From NCBI GenBank assembly GCA_017520845.1, contig JAFXEU010000082.1:1483-65482 (forward strand): a DNA stretch of 64,000 nt. Direction: 5' to 3'. The position numbers and the translations under genes are program-made. The stretch comes from Kiritimatiellia bacterium (GTDB taxonomy: Bacteria; Verrucomicrobiota; Kiritimatiellia; RFP12; UBA1067). Below the pieces are notes generated by a model. The model saw only the letters and a program-made list of their open reading frames with translations, searched no databases and was not told the origin of the DNA. The stretch's first letter is position 1, and the number at the start of each line of letters is the position of its first letter. Positions 17,883-27,712 of the stretch are shown here, piece after piece.

Positions 17883-18233
17883 CTATTTTACTTCTTTATC
17901 GCGTTCGTTTATGTAACCGGCGGGAGCGCTTTTCTTTTCGGGGTGTTTTACGGCTATGCCTTTTTCTTCAATCGCCATTCTGATGTTCGTTTGGGCGACT
18001 TTCATCGAATCGAAGCGGACTTTCAGAGTCTTTTTCTCCAGATTGAATTCAAGCGACTCCATATCGACTCCAGAGTATGTGGAGACGGCCTCTTTAATGG
18101 TGTTTGTGTTTTCCGGCGTCATTCCCGGAATTTCGAACACATGCTCGCGGAAGTCCTCGCGGCGGCAACCGTCGGTGAACGCGGCGATTGCGGTAAGAGC
18201 GATAAGAAGAAATATCTTTTTCATGATCGTCAT
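17883..18233 (-). CDS. HMA-fold lipoprotein lacking the CxxC metal site
   Basis: Lipobox FTDGC. FEIPGMTPENTNTIKEAVSTYSGVDMESLEFNLEKKTLKVRFD follows the GMTCxxC...GV...v.l pattern of heavy-metal-associated domains, but has PENT in place of CxxC. Alternative start at 18224. Confidence 0.65.
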   Translation of the reverse strand: MTIMKKIFLLIALTAIAAFTDGCRREDFREHVFEIPGMTPENTNTIKEAVSTYSGVDMESLEFNLEKKTLKVRFDSMKVAQTNIRMAIEEKGIAVKHPEKKSAPAGYINERDKEVK

Positions 18234-18235
18234 TA

Positions 18236-19420
18236 TTATTGGAAAGTTGTCGGATCCATGTCGGGGCCGAAAGGAGAAAGTTCTCTTAAATGTTTGATAA
18301 CCGGCGGCAGTTTTTCAAGAACGTAGTCGATGTCGCTTTCTGTATTGTAGCGCGAAAGCGAGAATCTTACCGAACCGTGGACTGCCGTGAAGGGTACTCC
18401 CATTGCGCGGATCACATGGCTCGGATCGAGCGAGCCGGACGCGCACGCAGAACCCGTCGATATGCAGATTCCGAGATCGGAAAGGCTGTATGCGATAGCT
18501 TCGCCTTCGATGTATTCGAAGCTCACGTTGAGCGTGTTCGAGAGTCTGTTTTCCTTATCGCCGTTTATGCGCACATTCGGGCATGCGGCGAGAATTCCCG
18601 CCTCGAGTCTGTCGCGCATTTTGGCGATTTTCCCGTTTTCCTCATCCATTCCGAGACGGGCGAGTTCGCAAGCCTTGGCGAGGCCGAGGATGTAAGGGAC
18701 ATTCTCCGTACCCGCGCGGCGGCCCGATTCCTGATGGCCGCCGAGCATAAACGGCTTGAGGAGAGTGCCTTTCTTTACATAGAGAAAACCGATGCCCTTG
18801 GGCGCATGGAACTTGTGGCCCGACATCGAGAGCATATCTACACCGGCCGCCTTGACGTCGACCTTCGCCTTGCCCGCTATCTGAACGGCGTCGGTATGGA
18901 GAGTCGCGCCGTACTCTTTGCAGATTTCGGCGATTTTTTCGATCGGGAAGACCGTGCCGGTTTCGTTGTTCGCCCACATTATCGAAACGAGGGCTTTTTT
19001 AGTCCCTTTAAGCTCTTCGCGCAACCGGTCGAGATTGAGTCGACCGAAGCCGTCGACGCCGAGTTCGATGACCTCGTGGCCGAGCGCCTTCAATCGTCGG
19101 CAGGGCTGGAGTACGGCGGGATGCTCGACGGCTGAGGTTATGATTTTAGTCTCGCGGCCGTGGAAATCGGCGTAGCCTCTGATCGCCGCGTTGTCGGACT
19201 CGGTCGCGCAGGATGTGAAGATTATCTCCTCGGGTGAAGCGTTGATGAATCTGGCCACCTCTTCGCGCGCGCGGTCGACGTATTTCGCGACCTGACCGCC
19301 GAAGGCGTGCATAGAGCTCGGATTCCCGTAAAGTTCGCCGAAAAAGGGGAGCATCACGTCTTTTACTTCCGGCGCGATGCGTGTCGTTGCGTTATTGTCT
19401 AAATAAACGGTTCTGTCCAT
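18236..19420 (-). CDS. nifS: cysteine desulfurase, NifS/IscS family (class V aminotransferase)
   Basis: MDRTVYLDNNATT, the SGHKFHAPKGIGFLY PLP-lysine motif, and the catalytic loop STGSACASG. Confidence 0.9.
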   Translation of the reverse strand: MDRTVYLDNNATTRIAPEVKDVMLPFFGELYGNPSSMHAFGGQVAKYVDRAREEVARFINASPEEIIFTSCATESDNAAIRGYADFHGRETKIITSAVEHPAVLQPCRRLKALGHEVIELGVDGFGRLNLDRLREELKGTKKALVSIMWANNETGTVFPIEKIAEICKEYGATLHTDAVQIAGKAKVDVKAAGVDMLSMSGHKFHAPKGIGFLYVKKGTLLKPFMLGGHQESGRRAGTENVPYILGLAKACELARLGMDEENGKIAKMRDRLEAGILAACPNVRINGDKENRLSNTLNVSFEYIEGEAIAYSLSDLGICISTGSACASGSLDPSHVIRAMGVPFTAVHGSVRFSLSRYNTESDIDYVLEKLPPVIKHLRELSPFGPDMDPTTFQ

Positions 19421-19428
19421 ATTCGGAT

Positions 19429-19437
19429 ATTATACCA
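19429..19437 (-). promoter_or_regulatory. extended -10 box TGgTATAAT (minus strand)
   Basis: The reverse complement reads TGGTATAAT, 8 nt upstream of the nifS ATG (19420). No SD fits in that space. Confidence 0.55.
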
Positions 19438-19495
19438 TAAAGGAGAGGGAAGATGCGCAAGTTTCCTTTTGTTTAGGCGTCGTCGGAAGCGTTTT

Positions 19496-20416
19496 TTATA
19501 AAATCGCCATGGCGAGCGCGATGACGGGAGGCATCGTCAAAATGCTTAAAAGCGTCGTGGCGCTTACGAGTCCTGCCGAAACTTCGGCATCGCGACCGTA
19601 TTTTGCGGCGAACATCGAGACCATTGCCGCCACAGGCGCGGAGGCCGCCGTGACGAGCGCGAGCATCATCATTCTGTCGAGATCGTGCCGGAACGGATAA
19701 AAGAACGCGATAAGAATGAGCGGGCATATTATAAGGCGCATGAATCCGGCGGTCCAGGCGCCCCGTTCTCGGAAGACGCGCGTAAATCTCGATCCTGCGA
19801 GATAATAGCCGATGACTATCATCGGTATGGGAGTATTCAGCATTGAAAGCATGTGGATAGGCTTTCCGACGACTTCAGGGAGTTTGACGGAGCAGAAGAA
19901 AAGGGGAAAACCCGCCACAAGACCGACGGTGCCCGGATTGACGAGTATCTTTCTCCATCCGCTTCCTCCGCCCATCGTTTTAAGGCCCCAGCTCCAGATC
20001 ATAAGATTGAATATGACGACATAGACGATTCCGAAGAAAACGCCCTCGTCTCCCAGAATCGCCTGCTCGAGAGGAATTCCCATAAAACCGGCGTTTGAAA
20101 ATACCGTCGCGCATTTGAATACGGTCCGCGTCCTGTCGTCGCCCCGGCGGAAAAATGCCGCGGCGAGAGAGATCATTATAAAGTGGGCGGCAAACGAAAC
20201 GGCGAATGCGATCGAAAGCGCCCGCATTTTTGCGGGGTCGAAGGGCCGCTGAAAGACATCGATGACGAGACACGGCGTAACGATAATCAGGAGAATGTTT
20301 ATAAGACCCGTTACGGACGAATCGTTAAGAAGTTTCGTCATGCGGCAGACGAAACCTACTCCGACGAGAGCGAAGAGAATAGCGACCTGTGTCGCGACTG
20401 TGACGAGGTTTTCCAT
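19496..20416 (-). CDS. AEC (auxin efflux carrier) family membrane transporter
   Basis: 306 aa and about 10 hydrophobic segments. The N-terminus VAILFALVGVGFVCRMTKLL....GLINILLIIVTPCLVIDVF is typical of the family. Confidence 0.85.
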   Translation of the reverse strand: MENLVTVATQVAILFALVGVGFVCRMTKLLNDSSVTGLINILLIIVTPCLVIDVFQRPFDPAKMRALSIAFAVSFAAHFIMISLAAAFFRRGDDRTRTVFKCATVFSNAGFMGIPLEQAILGDEGVFFGIVYVVIFNLMIWSWGLKTMGGGSGWRKILVNPGTVGLVAGFPLFFCSVKLPEVVGKPIHMLSMLNTPIPMIVIGYYLAGSRFTRVFRERGAWTAGFMRLIICPLILIAFFYPFRHDLDRMMMLALVTAASAPVAAMVSMFAAKYGRDAEVSAGLVSATTLLSILTMPPVIALAMAIL

Positions 20417-20427
20417 TTGAGGGGAAA

Positions 20428-20436
20428 TTATACTAT
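20428..20436 (-). promoter_or_regulatory. -10 box TAgTATAAT (minus strand)
   Basis: The reverse complement reads TAGTATAAT, 11 nt upstream of ATG 20416. Confidence 0.45.
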
Positions 20437-20504
20437 AATTCCTCGACGAAGAACAGCGTCACGTCCAAAAGTAAACTGACTTTTTGACAAAGAGTATGAT
20501 TTCT

Positions 20505-21125
20505 TTACGTATTTATCAGATTTTTGCGCATTGCGATAGCAACGGCTTCGGAGCGGTTTGCCGCGCCTATTTTCGCGAAGAGTGCGGCAATGTGTTCTTT
20601 GACGACATAGATGCTTATGCCGAATTGTTTGGCGATGTCCGGATTGGAGAGACCTCTCGCGATTGAGTGGAGCATCTCCTTTTGTCGGGGTGAAAGAGTT
20701 ATTGCCGGAGGGTCGTCCGAGAAAAGCTGCCGCACATCTGGCGCAATGTAGGTTTGGGCTGATGCGACGGTACGCAGCGCGATGACAAGGTCTTCAAAGT
20801 CGCAGTTCTTCATGATTGCGCCGCGCGCTCCCGCCTTAAGGGCGCGGTCTATTCCGTCGGATGTGTCGAAAGTAGTGATGATGAGTACATTTGCGTCCGG
20901 AACTTTTTCCAGCAGTCTGGCCGTCGCCTCGGCTCCGCTCATGCCGGGCATCATGAGATCTATCACCACAACGTCCGGCTTAAGTTCAACGCTCATACGT
21001 ATTCCATCAGGACCGTTAGCGGCGTCTCCGACGATCTCAAAGCCTTCCCGAGATGAAAGGAGGGACGCCAGCCCCATGCGGAAAATCGCATGGTCGTCAA
21101 TGATCAGAACTCGTATTGGAGTCAT
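20505..21125 (-). CDS. two-component response regulator, NarL/LuxR family
   Basis: The receiver domain has VLIIDDH and VVVIDLMMPGMSG. The C-terminal LuxR HTH reads LSPRQKEMLHSIARGLSNPDIAKQFGISIYVVKEHI. Confidence 0.92.
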   Translation of the reverse strand: MTPIRVLIIDDHAIFRMGLASLLSSREGFEIVGDAANGPDGIRMSVELKPDVVVIDLMMPGMSGAEATARLLEKVPDANVLIITTFDTSDGIDRALKAGARGAIMKNCDFEDLVIALRTVASAQTYIAPDVRQLFSDDPPAITLSPRQKEMLHSIARGLSNPDIAKQFGISIYVVKEHIAALFAKIGAANRSEAVAIAMRKNLINT

Positions 21126-22888
21126 ATCTTTATTTTCGCTTTCACGCCCTGGCCGGGCTTGCTTTCGATTGTGAATTCGCCTCCGAGAGCATTGACGCGT
21201 TCGCGTATGCCCTGAAGTCCGAAGTGACCTTGCAGGACGCCCGGTGCAGATATGGGATCAAAGCCGCAGCCGTTATCCGATACCGAACAGATCAGGTGTT
21301 CCCCCTCAAGCGCTCCCGCTACCTTTATATCTGTTGCCTTGCCGTGTCTCAGAGCGTTCACCACAAGTTCGCGAATCGACCTTAAGAGCGCATGAGCCGT
21401 CTTGTCCGACAGTTTACCGCGCGGCACATTGAACCGCACCGACACGCGTGTCTCGCCGATGTGCGGCCGGAGCGTTTTCAGGACCGCCTGCGTCATGTCT
21501 GGTTCCTCGAGCGCCTGGCTCCTTAGATCCCACAGACAGTCTCTCAGCTCGTCGCGACACGACTTGAGCGTTTTCTCCGCAATCTCAACGTGGCCCGCAG
21601 CAAGTTGCATTGAAACGCCGGTCAGATTTTGAGCAAGCGTGTCGTGAAGTTCAACCGCCAGTCGCGTGCGCTCTTCGGTACGGAGATCCGCTTTAACCCG
21701 CTCTATCTGCACACGGTAAAGTTCGCGTCCCTTGCGTGCGGCAGAGCGGCTGAGCGCGGCGTTCCAGAGGAGAATCGCTATAATTCCGCCGAGAAGGGCC
21801 CCAATTACCCAAAGTATACGTTCTGTCGTCCACCATGGCGGCCAAGCGACGATCTGGATGTCCGATGGGGTGCGCGTGACGAGTAAGAATCTGTGTATCT
21901 GCGGAAATACGGAGTTGGCCCGCCAGTCTTCTATATCCATAACGCATGTCCCGACAACCTCAATCGTGCAGCCGATTTCCATCTCTGCCGTCTTTTCCAA
22001 AGCGGCAGATGCATAGACCGGCACGAGCAGTCCTTCGTTTTCAATCATAAAAAGGCCATCTTCGTCGACTGTAGTGCGTACGATGCCGCGCAGTCTGACG
22101 GGCCGTCCGTGCATGTCGAAGCGAAATCTGGGTCTGCCTTCCGTATCGGTCGTAAGTGTTCTTGCGCTGGATTGCGCGGCTTCTTCCGGCGGCGCAGGTT
22201 TTTCTCGCGTTCTAGTCCACCATGCCCTTGATAAGGTATAGTGATGAAGGTCTGTTCCCGGAAATCCTGAAACATAGATGTGTTCGCCGTATTTCGGCAC
22301 ATTGTCGGTCGCGAGCCGTGCTATGACCAGTTCGTCTTTGCCGGCTGTCCCTTTACCGAGCAGAAGTACGTTGTTTTTTTTCCATACGGCGAGCACGATG
22401 CCGGAGAACCCGTGACGGTCACGGTGTTGAAGTTCTGAAGGGTCGGTTCCTTCAAGTCTTGTAACATCCGGTACGCTGAATATGTCGGTTGCGGGTTTTC
22501 TGTGAATGACGATCGCGTTGGAACTTTGGATCTGTAAATTGCGGCCTAACTTTTCGCGTTGGCCATATAAGCGGGGAATGGGCGTTCCGGTTGCAATGAT
22601 GCCTGCTCCGAGAAATGATGTGATCGTTTCGTCTGTAATATCATCAGCAGGGAAAGCTGCATAGATGATTTCTCCGTCCCATAGCAGTACGAGATAAATG
22701 TAATCCGGATTGATTTCGTCACGGAAAGCGTCCCTTACGATGCATTGCGCACGTATAGGCATCATGTCGTATTGTCCGGAGAGAAATTCATCCGCGGATA
22801 TGAGCGGCGGCAAGGTTTGTGCTGTGGCCGTCCCCGCGAGCAGTGCCGCGCATGCTGCGGCGATGAGATTTTTTAATATTGAATTCAT
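21122..22888 (-). CDS. sensor histidine kinase (HisKA_3 type) with ~330-aa periplasmic domain
   Basis: Signal/TM1, a large extracytoplasmic region, TM2 (ILWVIGALLGGIIAILLW), H-box LAVELHDTLAQNLTG, and ATPase motifs VSDNGCGFD and GLQGIRERV. 4-nt overlap with the regulator gene. Confidence 0.9.
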   Translation of the reverse strand: MNSILKNLIAAACAALLAGTATAQTLPPLISADEFLSGQYDMMPIRAQCIVRDAFRDEINPDYIYLVLLWDGEIIYAAFPADDITDETITSFLGAGIIATGTPIPRLYGQREKLGRNLQIQSSNAIVIHRKPATDIFSVPDVTRLEGTDPSELQHRDRHGFSGIVLAVWKKNNVLLLGKGTAGKDELVIARLATDNVPKYGEHIYVSGFPGTDLHHYTLSRAWWTRTREKPAPPEEAAQSSARTLTTDTEGRPRFRFDMHGRPVRLRGIVRTTVDEDGLFMIENEGLLVPVYASAALEKTAEMEIGCTIEVVGTCVMDIEDWRANSVFPQIHRFLLVTRTPSDIQIVAWPPWWTTERILWVIGALLGGIIAILLWNAALSRSAARKGRELYRVQIERVKADLRTEERTRLAVELHDTLAQNLTGVSMQLAAGHVEIAEKTLKSCRDELRDCLWDLRSQALEEPDMTQAVLKTLRPHIGETRVSVRFNVPRGKLSDKTAHALLRSIRELVVNALRHGKATDIKVAGALEGEHLICSVSDNGCGFDPISAPGVLQGHFGLQGIRERVNALGGEFTIESKPGQGVKAKIKI

Positions 22889-22896
22889 ACTGACAA

Positions 22897-22905
22897 ATTA
22901 TAACA
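22897..22905 (-). promoter_or_regulatory. extended -10 box TGtTATAAT (minus strand)
   Basis: The reverse complement reads TGTTATAAT, 8 nt upstream of the kinase ATG (22888). Confidence 0.5.
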
Positions 22906-22971
22906 TTTTTGCCGTAAACAGGTGTACTCCTGTGCGGTAACATTTAGGTGTTAGCGAGTGAGCAAAATGAG

Positions 22972-23017
22972 CCCCCCCTGCCGAGGGGGTTGATTATGGA
23001 TTGAGACGTGGTAAAAT
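22972..23017 (+). promoter_or_regulatory. GC palindrome + -35 + extended -10 (promoter of GH2-like gene A)
   Basis: CCCCCT-GCCG-AGGGGG (22974-22989), then TTGATT (22990-95), 16 nt, then TGgTAAAAT (23009-17). The ATG at 23024 is 6 nt after the -10. Confidence 0.55.
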
Positions 23018-23023
23018 TTTTGT

Positions 23024-26000
23024 ATGAAAAACTGTTTTGTACTTGTCATCGCATTGTGTATGCTTGGTGTTGCTTCCGCAGAACCTGTTCGCGAAATGAT
23101 CGCGAAGCATTGGGAGGCGATTCCGGCGGCTGAAGCCTCTGAGACGATTCCGTCCGTTCCTGCGGAGAAATGGGGGAAGTGGAATTTCTGGAACGGTCAA
23201 TGGTGGGCGAGGACTATGTTTCAAAAGGAGGCTCAGGGGCCGTCATGGACTCCGCCGTCTGCCGGGTGCGACAAATCCTGGAGCGATTGGAAGTGCGTGT
23301 GGCTTAAGGCTCGCCGCAAGGTTTCCGGTGAATGGTCGGGGCGGAAGGTTGTAATTGAGCAGAGCGCCATTCGCGGTTGTACGGTCGGCGTGTTTGTCAA
23401 CGGCAACTTCATCGGGGAGATAAAAGCGCCTGCCGGTTCGCTCGACGTTTCAAAAGCTCTGAAGTTCGGACGCGAGAATGAATTTTGTCTGCGCCTTTCG
23501 GGAAAGAACCGGGATTTCAAATTGGAAAAAGACCCTCCGATGTTCGTCGTCAGGGATTCTGTTTCGGTCGATGATGTCTTCGCCTGCACATCGTGGCGCG
23601 AAAAGAAGTTGACGGTTGAATTTACCGTCACATCCGACAGGAAAGGTACGGCTGAAGTCGGCGCGGAGGTGTTGGACGCGGACGGCAAGGTCGTTAAGCG
23701 GCTTTCCGGCAAGTATGATGTCGTGCCCGGCGAAAACGTCTTTAAACCGTCTGTGGATTGGCCTGATCCGGTTACTTGGGAGCTGGGACGAGGTTACATG
23801 TACACGCTTAAGACATCCGTTAAAATCAACGGCAAAATCTGTCCTTATAAGGACGTTAAGTTCGGCTTTCGCGAGATATGGCGCGAAGGGAAGAAGATTT
23901 TCATGAACGGTCACGAGCAGAAGTTTCGCGTCACGTATAACTTCGCCTGCAACAGGTTCGGCGCCAAGTTCCTGCAAGGTATCGGTTATAACTGCATCCA
24001 GTTCGCCCACAGGACCGAACTTGATCCGCAAATGGACGAAAAAATGCTCGAATATCTTTCCGCAAACGGCATTTCCGCGATTATTCCCACCACGGCGTTC
24101 GACTGGAATACGAAAAATCCTCTCTTGAAGCCGGGCGAAAAAAGAGAAGAGTTTAAACGCCTTCAGGCGAAGAATCTCCGTCGCTACCGCAATTGGCCGT
24201 GTGTCGCTATGGTTTATATGGGCGTAAACTGTTATCTTCCGCAGTGGTCGTATGAAGCGAAGTATCTCGGTTGCGGCGACAGGAGCGACTTCGGGAAGAT
24301 GATGGCAGACCTCGTCGCGTCGGCGAAGAAGACGAATCCGAACGTCCTCTACTTCTCGCATTCCGACGGTTCCACCGGTGAAATCGCGTCTGCCAATCTT
24401 TACTTCAACTGGGTGCCTCTTCAAGAGCGTATTGAATGGCCGAGCGCTTGGGCGGGCGAGACGGGTAAGTTCCCGTTTCAGGCCTGCGAGTTCGGCCATC
24501 CCTATCAGATGAGCTGGTATCAGGACGGGCGCGATCTTGTAACCGAGTATCTCGCCGCGTATTACGGCGAAGAGGCGTATCTTAAGGAGCCGAAAACGAT
24601 ATCCGACCGTCACGTCGAGTCGCTCTATATTCGTCGCCTCCACCATCCGCTTTTGTGGCGCTTTACCGATGACTTCGTTACGCGCCTGACGCAAGCCTGG
24701 CGGACATACGGAATTAACGCGGGAATCGTCTGGTTTAATCTCGACTACGGCTTCGGTATGCCCCGCTGGACGCTTGAGGGAATCCACAATAAGTATAATC
24801 CGGCTTATAATTTCTTCAAGAGCGAGGCGGACGTGCCTAAAGGTCGCCCGGAATGGGCGCTTCCCTCATGGGATATCTACCGCAAAACCAACCTTGACTT
24901 TCTCGGTTGGATCGGTGGAGGCGGGTCTTTCACCGACCGCTGTCATGCGTACCGATCGGAGGCGATGATCGAAAAGCAGTGTATCTTCATTTGGGACGGC
25001 TTTGACTCGCGCGCTTTTTCCGCGAAATGGAAGGCGTTGATTAACGGTAATGAGATCGCTGCCGGCAACATCAGGCGCGAGCTCAAGTCGAATATCCCGG
25101 CGTTTGCACCGATTTCATTCAAGGCGCCTAAAGTCGTGAAAAAGGCGAAAGGGCGAATCCTCGCCACATTCTTCGATCAAAAGGGCGAAAAACTTTCCGA
25201 GGACGCGTTCGATTTTGAGGTTTACCCGGAAGCTTGCGTATCATGGAAAAAAGCTCCGCACTTCGCTCTTTACGATCCGACGGGGAAGATGGCCGAAAAA
25301 CTTAAATCCCGTGGAATTGATAAATTTAAAATAGTTCAGTCTCCAATGGAGGCTGTAAGCGGGTTTCTCGTTATTGCTGAAGATTCGCTCGGTAAGGACG
25401 GATTTAAGGCTTTGCCGATGGATGCGGTTGAAAAGGGGCTTCGTATACTCGTTCTTCGCCAGTCGTCCGAGGCTTGGAAGGCGTTCGGCTTTGAGGTGCA
25501 GGATCGTGCGAGTCGCACACTCTTTCTGCGGGATACCCAGTCTGCCGCGCTTAACAGAATCGACGACGATTGTCTCCGCGACTGGTCCGGAGCCTCGCCT
25601 GAACTTAGGGTTAAGCATCCTCGTCACGAGCCGCGATGGAAGGGGAATATGGCTCTTGCCGCACTGCAGCTTAAAACTCCTTCGATGGTCGGCTACCGTC
25701 CGCAGATTGAAGGGGAGTTTGATATGAATTATTCCGCGCTTCTCGATTATTCATGCGGTAAGGGCAGTGTTAAGTTCTGTACTCTCGACTTTTTTAATCG
25801 CGGCGCATCCGATGCGGCGGTGGAGCGCACGTTCAACGCGGTATTCTCCGATTTCCTCGCGCAGGGTGGCGCGAGGAGTACATCAGGACCTGCGGCGCAG
25901 AGACATATCGTCGCGTCGGGCGAAGAGGCTAAGCGGATTGCGGCGGAGATGGGCGCGGCCGTTAAACCCGGCGACAAGAGCGGTAAGGGCGATCTTCTGC

Positions 26001-26569
26001 TTGTCGGATCGGATTCTCCGCTTTCCGCCGGTGAGATTCTTGCGGCGGCGAAGCGCGGCGCGAACGTGCTCATTGTCGCGAACGATTCGGCCGCGAAGGG
26101 CCTTGGCCTCGCCGTGACGCCGCGCGATGGCGAGGGAACGTACCGCGTGGAGTTTGATCGCTCAAATCCGCTTTTAAGGGGAGTAGGTCAGAATGTCCTC
26201 CGCTGGCGCGACCGTCTTAAAGCACCGGTTCTCTCCGGGGGAGGGTGGACTGTCGATGCCGACGGGCTTATCGCCTCGAAGACGCTTGCGAACGGTGCGG
26301 TTATAGCGGTGACGACGTTTAGCCCTTACGCCATCGAGCGCGGCATCACCTCGGATCGGGTATTCGTCGTGGATGGTAAGCCGCGGGCGAACGCCGTTGG
26401 CGAGAAGAATCTCGCCGACTGCCGTCGACGCGCCGACATTTCCTTCGAGCGGAGCCGTCAGCTCGTCGCGCGGATCTTGACAAATCTCGGCGCCGCGCCA
26501 GGAAAACCGAAGAACTTGTATTCCGGTCTCGTAAGGCCGCTCGACCCGTATTTCTACACATACTGGTGA
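23024..26569 (+). CDS. secreted GH2-like glycoside hydrolase (paralog A), long C-terminal extension
   Basis: Signal MKNCFVLVIALCMLGVASA. The N-terminal sugar-binding/Ig-like region is followed by VKFGFREIWREGKKIFMNGHEQKFR, which matches the GH2 FGFR..(E/I)...G.F.LNG....RG junction. The rest is divergent. Ends DPYFYTYW. Clear paralog of 35711-39673. Confidence 0.8.
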   Translation: MKNCFVLVIALCMLGVASAEPVREMIAKHWEAIPAAEASETIPSVPAEKWGKWNFWNGQWWARTMFQKEAQGPSWTPPSAGCDKSWSDWKCVWLKARRKVSGEWSGRKVVIEQSAIRGCTVGVFVNGNFIGEIKAPAGSLDVSKALKFGRENEFCLRLSGKNRDFKLEKDPPMFVVRDSVSVDDVFACTSWREKKLTVEFTVTSDRKGTAEVGAEVLDADGKVVKRLSGKYDVVPGENVFKPSVDWPDPVTWELGRGYMYTLKTSVKINGKICPYKDVKFGFREIWREGKKIFMNGHEQKFRVTYNFACNRFGAKFLQGIGYNCIQFAHRTELDPQMDEKMLEYLSANGISAIIPTTAFDWNTKNPLLKPGEKREEFKRLQAKNLRRYRNWPCVAMVYMGVNCYLPQWSYEAKYLGCGDRSDFGKMMADLVASAKKTNPNVLYFSHSDGSTGEIASANLYFNWVPLQERIEWPSAWAGETGKFPFQACEFGHPYQMSWYQDGRDLVTEYLAAYYGEEAYLKEPKTISDRHVESLYIRRLHHPLLWRFTDDFVTRLTQAWRTYGINAGIVWFNLDYGFGMPRWTLEGIHNKYNPAYNFFKSEADVPKGRPEWALPSWDIYRKTNLDFLGWIGGGGSFTDRCHAYRSEAMIEKQCIFIWDGFDSRAFSAKWKALINGNEIAAGNIRRELKSNIPAFAPISFKAPKVVKKAKGRILATFFDQKGEKLSEDAFDFEVYPEACVSWKKAPHFALYDPTGKMAEKLKSRGIDKFKIVQSPMEAVSGFLVIAEDSLGKDGFKALPMDAVEKGLRILVLRQSSEAWKAFGFEVQDRASRTLFLRDTQSAALNRIDDDCLRDWSGASPELRVKHPRHEPRWKGNMALAALQLKTPSMVGYRPQIEGEFDMNYSALLDYSCGKGSVKFCTLDFFNRGASDAAVERTFNAVFSDFLAQGGARSTSGPAAQRHIVASGEEAKRIAAEMGAAVKPGDKSGKGDLLLVGSDSPLSAGEILAAAKRGANVLIVANDSAAKGLGLAVTPRDGEGTYRVEFDRSNPLLRGVGQNVLRWRDRLKAPVLSGGGWTVDADGLIASKTLANGAVIAVTTFSPYAIERGITSDRVFVVDGKPRANAVGEKNLADCRRRADISFERSRQLVARILTNLGAAPGKPKNLYSGLVRPLDPYFYTYW

Positions 26570-26616
26570 CCCCCTCCGCAGAGGGGGTTGGGATATTCTC
26601 GATGTTTGATTATAAT
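26570..26616 (+). promoter_or_regulatory. GC palindrome + -35 + -10 (promoter of the Gly-rich operon; may double as terminator of the upstream gene)
   Basis: CCCCCTC-CGCA-GAGGGGG (26570-26587), then TTGGGA (26588-93), 17 nt, then TATAAT (26611-16). AAGGAGG lies 8 nt before ATG 26658. Confidence 0.5.
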
Positions 26617-26657
26617 ATAATTATCCTTGTAATCAATAGAAAAAAGGAGGTCATAAG

Positions 26658-27695
26658 ATGAAGTCAATAAGAGCCGCACTGCTGGTAACTGCTCTTGCGC
26701 CGCTACTTTCCGAAGGGGCGTTTCTCGACGATCTTGCTGCAAAGAGCAACAGGACGCAGGAATCGCCGTTTGCGACGGGCGGCGACATAATACTTAAGAT
26801 ATCCTCGCGGGAGTATGTGCATATATTTACGAATGTGAATACAGTGTCGACATTTCAGCTGACAGAAAGGTCGATAGCTCGCATTCTTTGTGTGGGAGGC
26901 GGCGGTCCTGGCGGGAACTACCATGGTGGGTACACCCTTCATGGCGGTGGTGGCGGTGCAGGCGGATTTGTGGAGAAGAATGATGTTATGCTCACTGCAG
27001 GTATGTATGCGATCGAGGTTGGTAAAGGTGGTGTGCCATCTGCACCTAATGTTGTCAACAATTCTGGCGGTGAATCTGCAGTAAAGCGCGGAGAGACTGA
27101 CATCGTGCGTGCGCATGGCGGCGGTGGCGGTGGCTCGCCTTCTGGGTATGGCGCCTTGGCGAATGCCGACGATCCTCGATGCGGGCGTAACGGCGCGTCC
27201 GGCGGCGGCTCGTGCGCATGGAACTATGGTGACAAGACGGGCATAGGCGGAAACGCCAAGTACGAGGGTACGGAAGGCAATCGCGGAGGGCTTGCGAAAG
27301 GGAAAAGCGAAGGAGGAACGGACATCCGCGGGGGCGGCGGAGGTGGCGCTGGTGCGACGGGGAACGACAACAACGCCGCCACGAATCCCGGCAAGGGTGG
27401 TGACGGCCGGTCCTGCGACATTACTGGCGATGAGCTCTGGTATGCTGGAGGTGGTGCCGGAGGATTCGCTGGTTCGCAAAACATGTCGATTGCAGGAGGT
27501 CGCGGCGGCGGCGGTTCGGTTGAAATCAGAAGTCAAAAAATTATAGAGACTGCTGCCGTGCGGGGTACAGGCGGCGGCGGATATGGCGGAACAATGGTAA
27601 GTATGGGTGAAAAAAAGGCCGGCAACGGTGCCGACGGGATCGTCATCGTGCGCGTCGTAAGGGCAGCTGAAGGCTTTAAGGTTATTGTCCGATAA
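26658..27695 (+). CDS. secreted glycine-rich-domain protein (Gly_rich / ALK-GRD-like module, copy 1)
   Basis: Signal MKSIRAALLVTALAPLLSEGA. RILCVGGGGPGGNYHGG..HGGGGGAGGFVEKNDVMLTAGMYAIEVGKGG ... AHGGGGGGSP ... GNGADGIVIVRVV. Ends GFKVIVR. Confidence 0.85.
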   Translation: MKSIRAALLVTALAPLLSEGAFLDDLAAKSNRTQESPFATGGDIILKISSREYVHIFTNVNTVSTFQLTERSIARILCVGGGGPGGNYHGGYTLHGGGGGAGGFVEKNDVMLTAGMYAIEVGKGGVPSAPNVVNNSGGESAVKRGETDIVRAHGGGGGGSPSGYGALANADDPRCGRNGASGGGSCAWNYGDKTGIGGNAKYEGTEGNRGGLAKGKSEGGTDIRGGGGGGAGATGNDNNAATNPGKGGDGRSCDITGDELWYAGGGAGGFAGSQNMSIAGGRGGGGSVEIRSQKIIETAAVRGTGGGGYGGTMVSMGEKKAGNGADGIVIVRVVRAAEGFKVIVR

Positions 27696-27712
27696 TTATA
27701 TAGAGGTAATTT

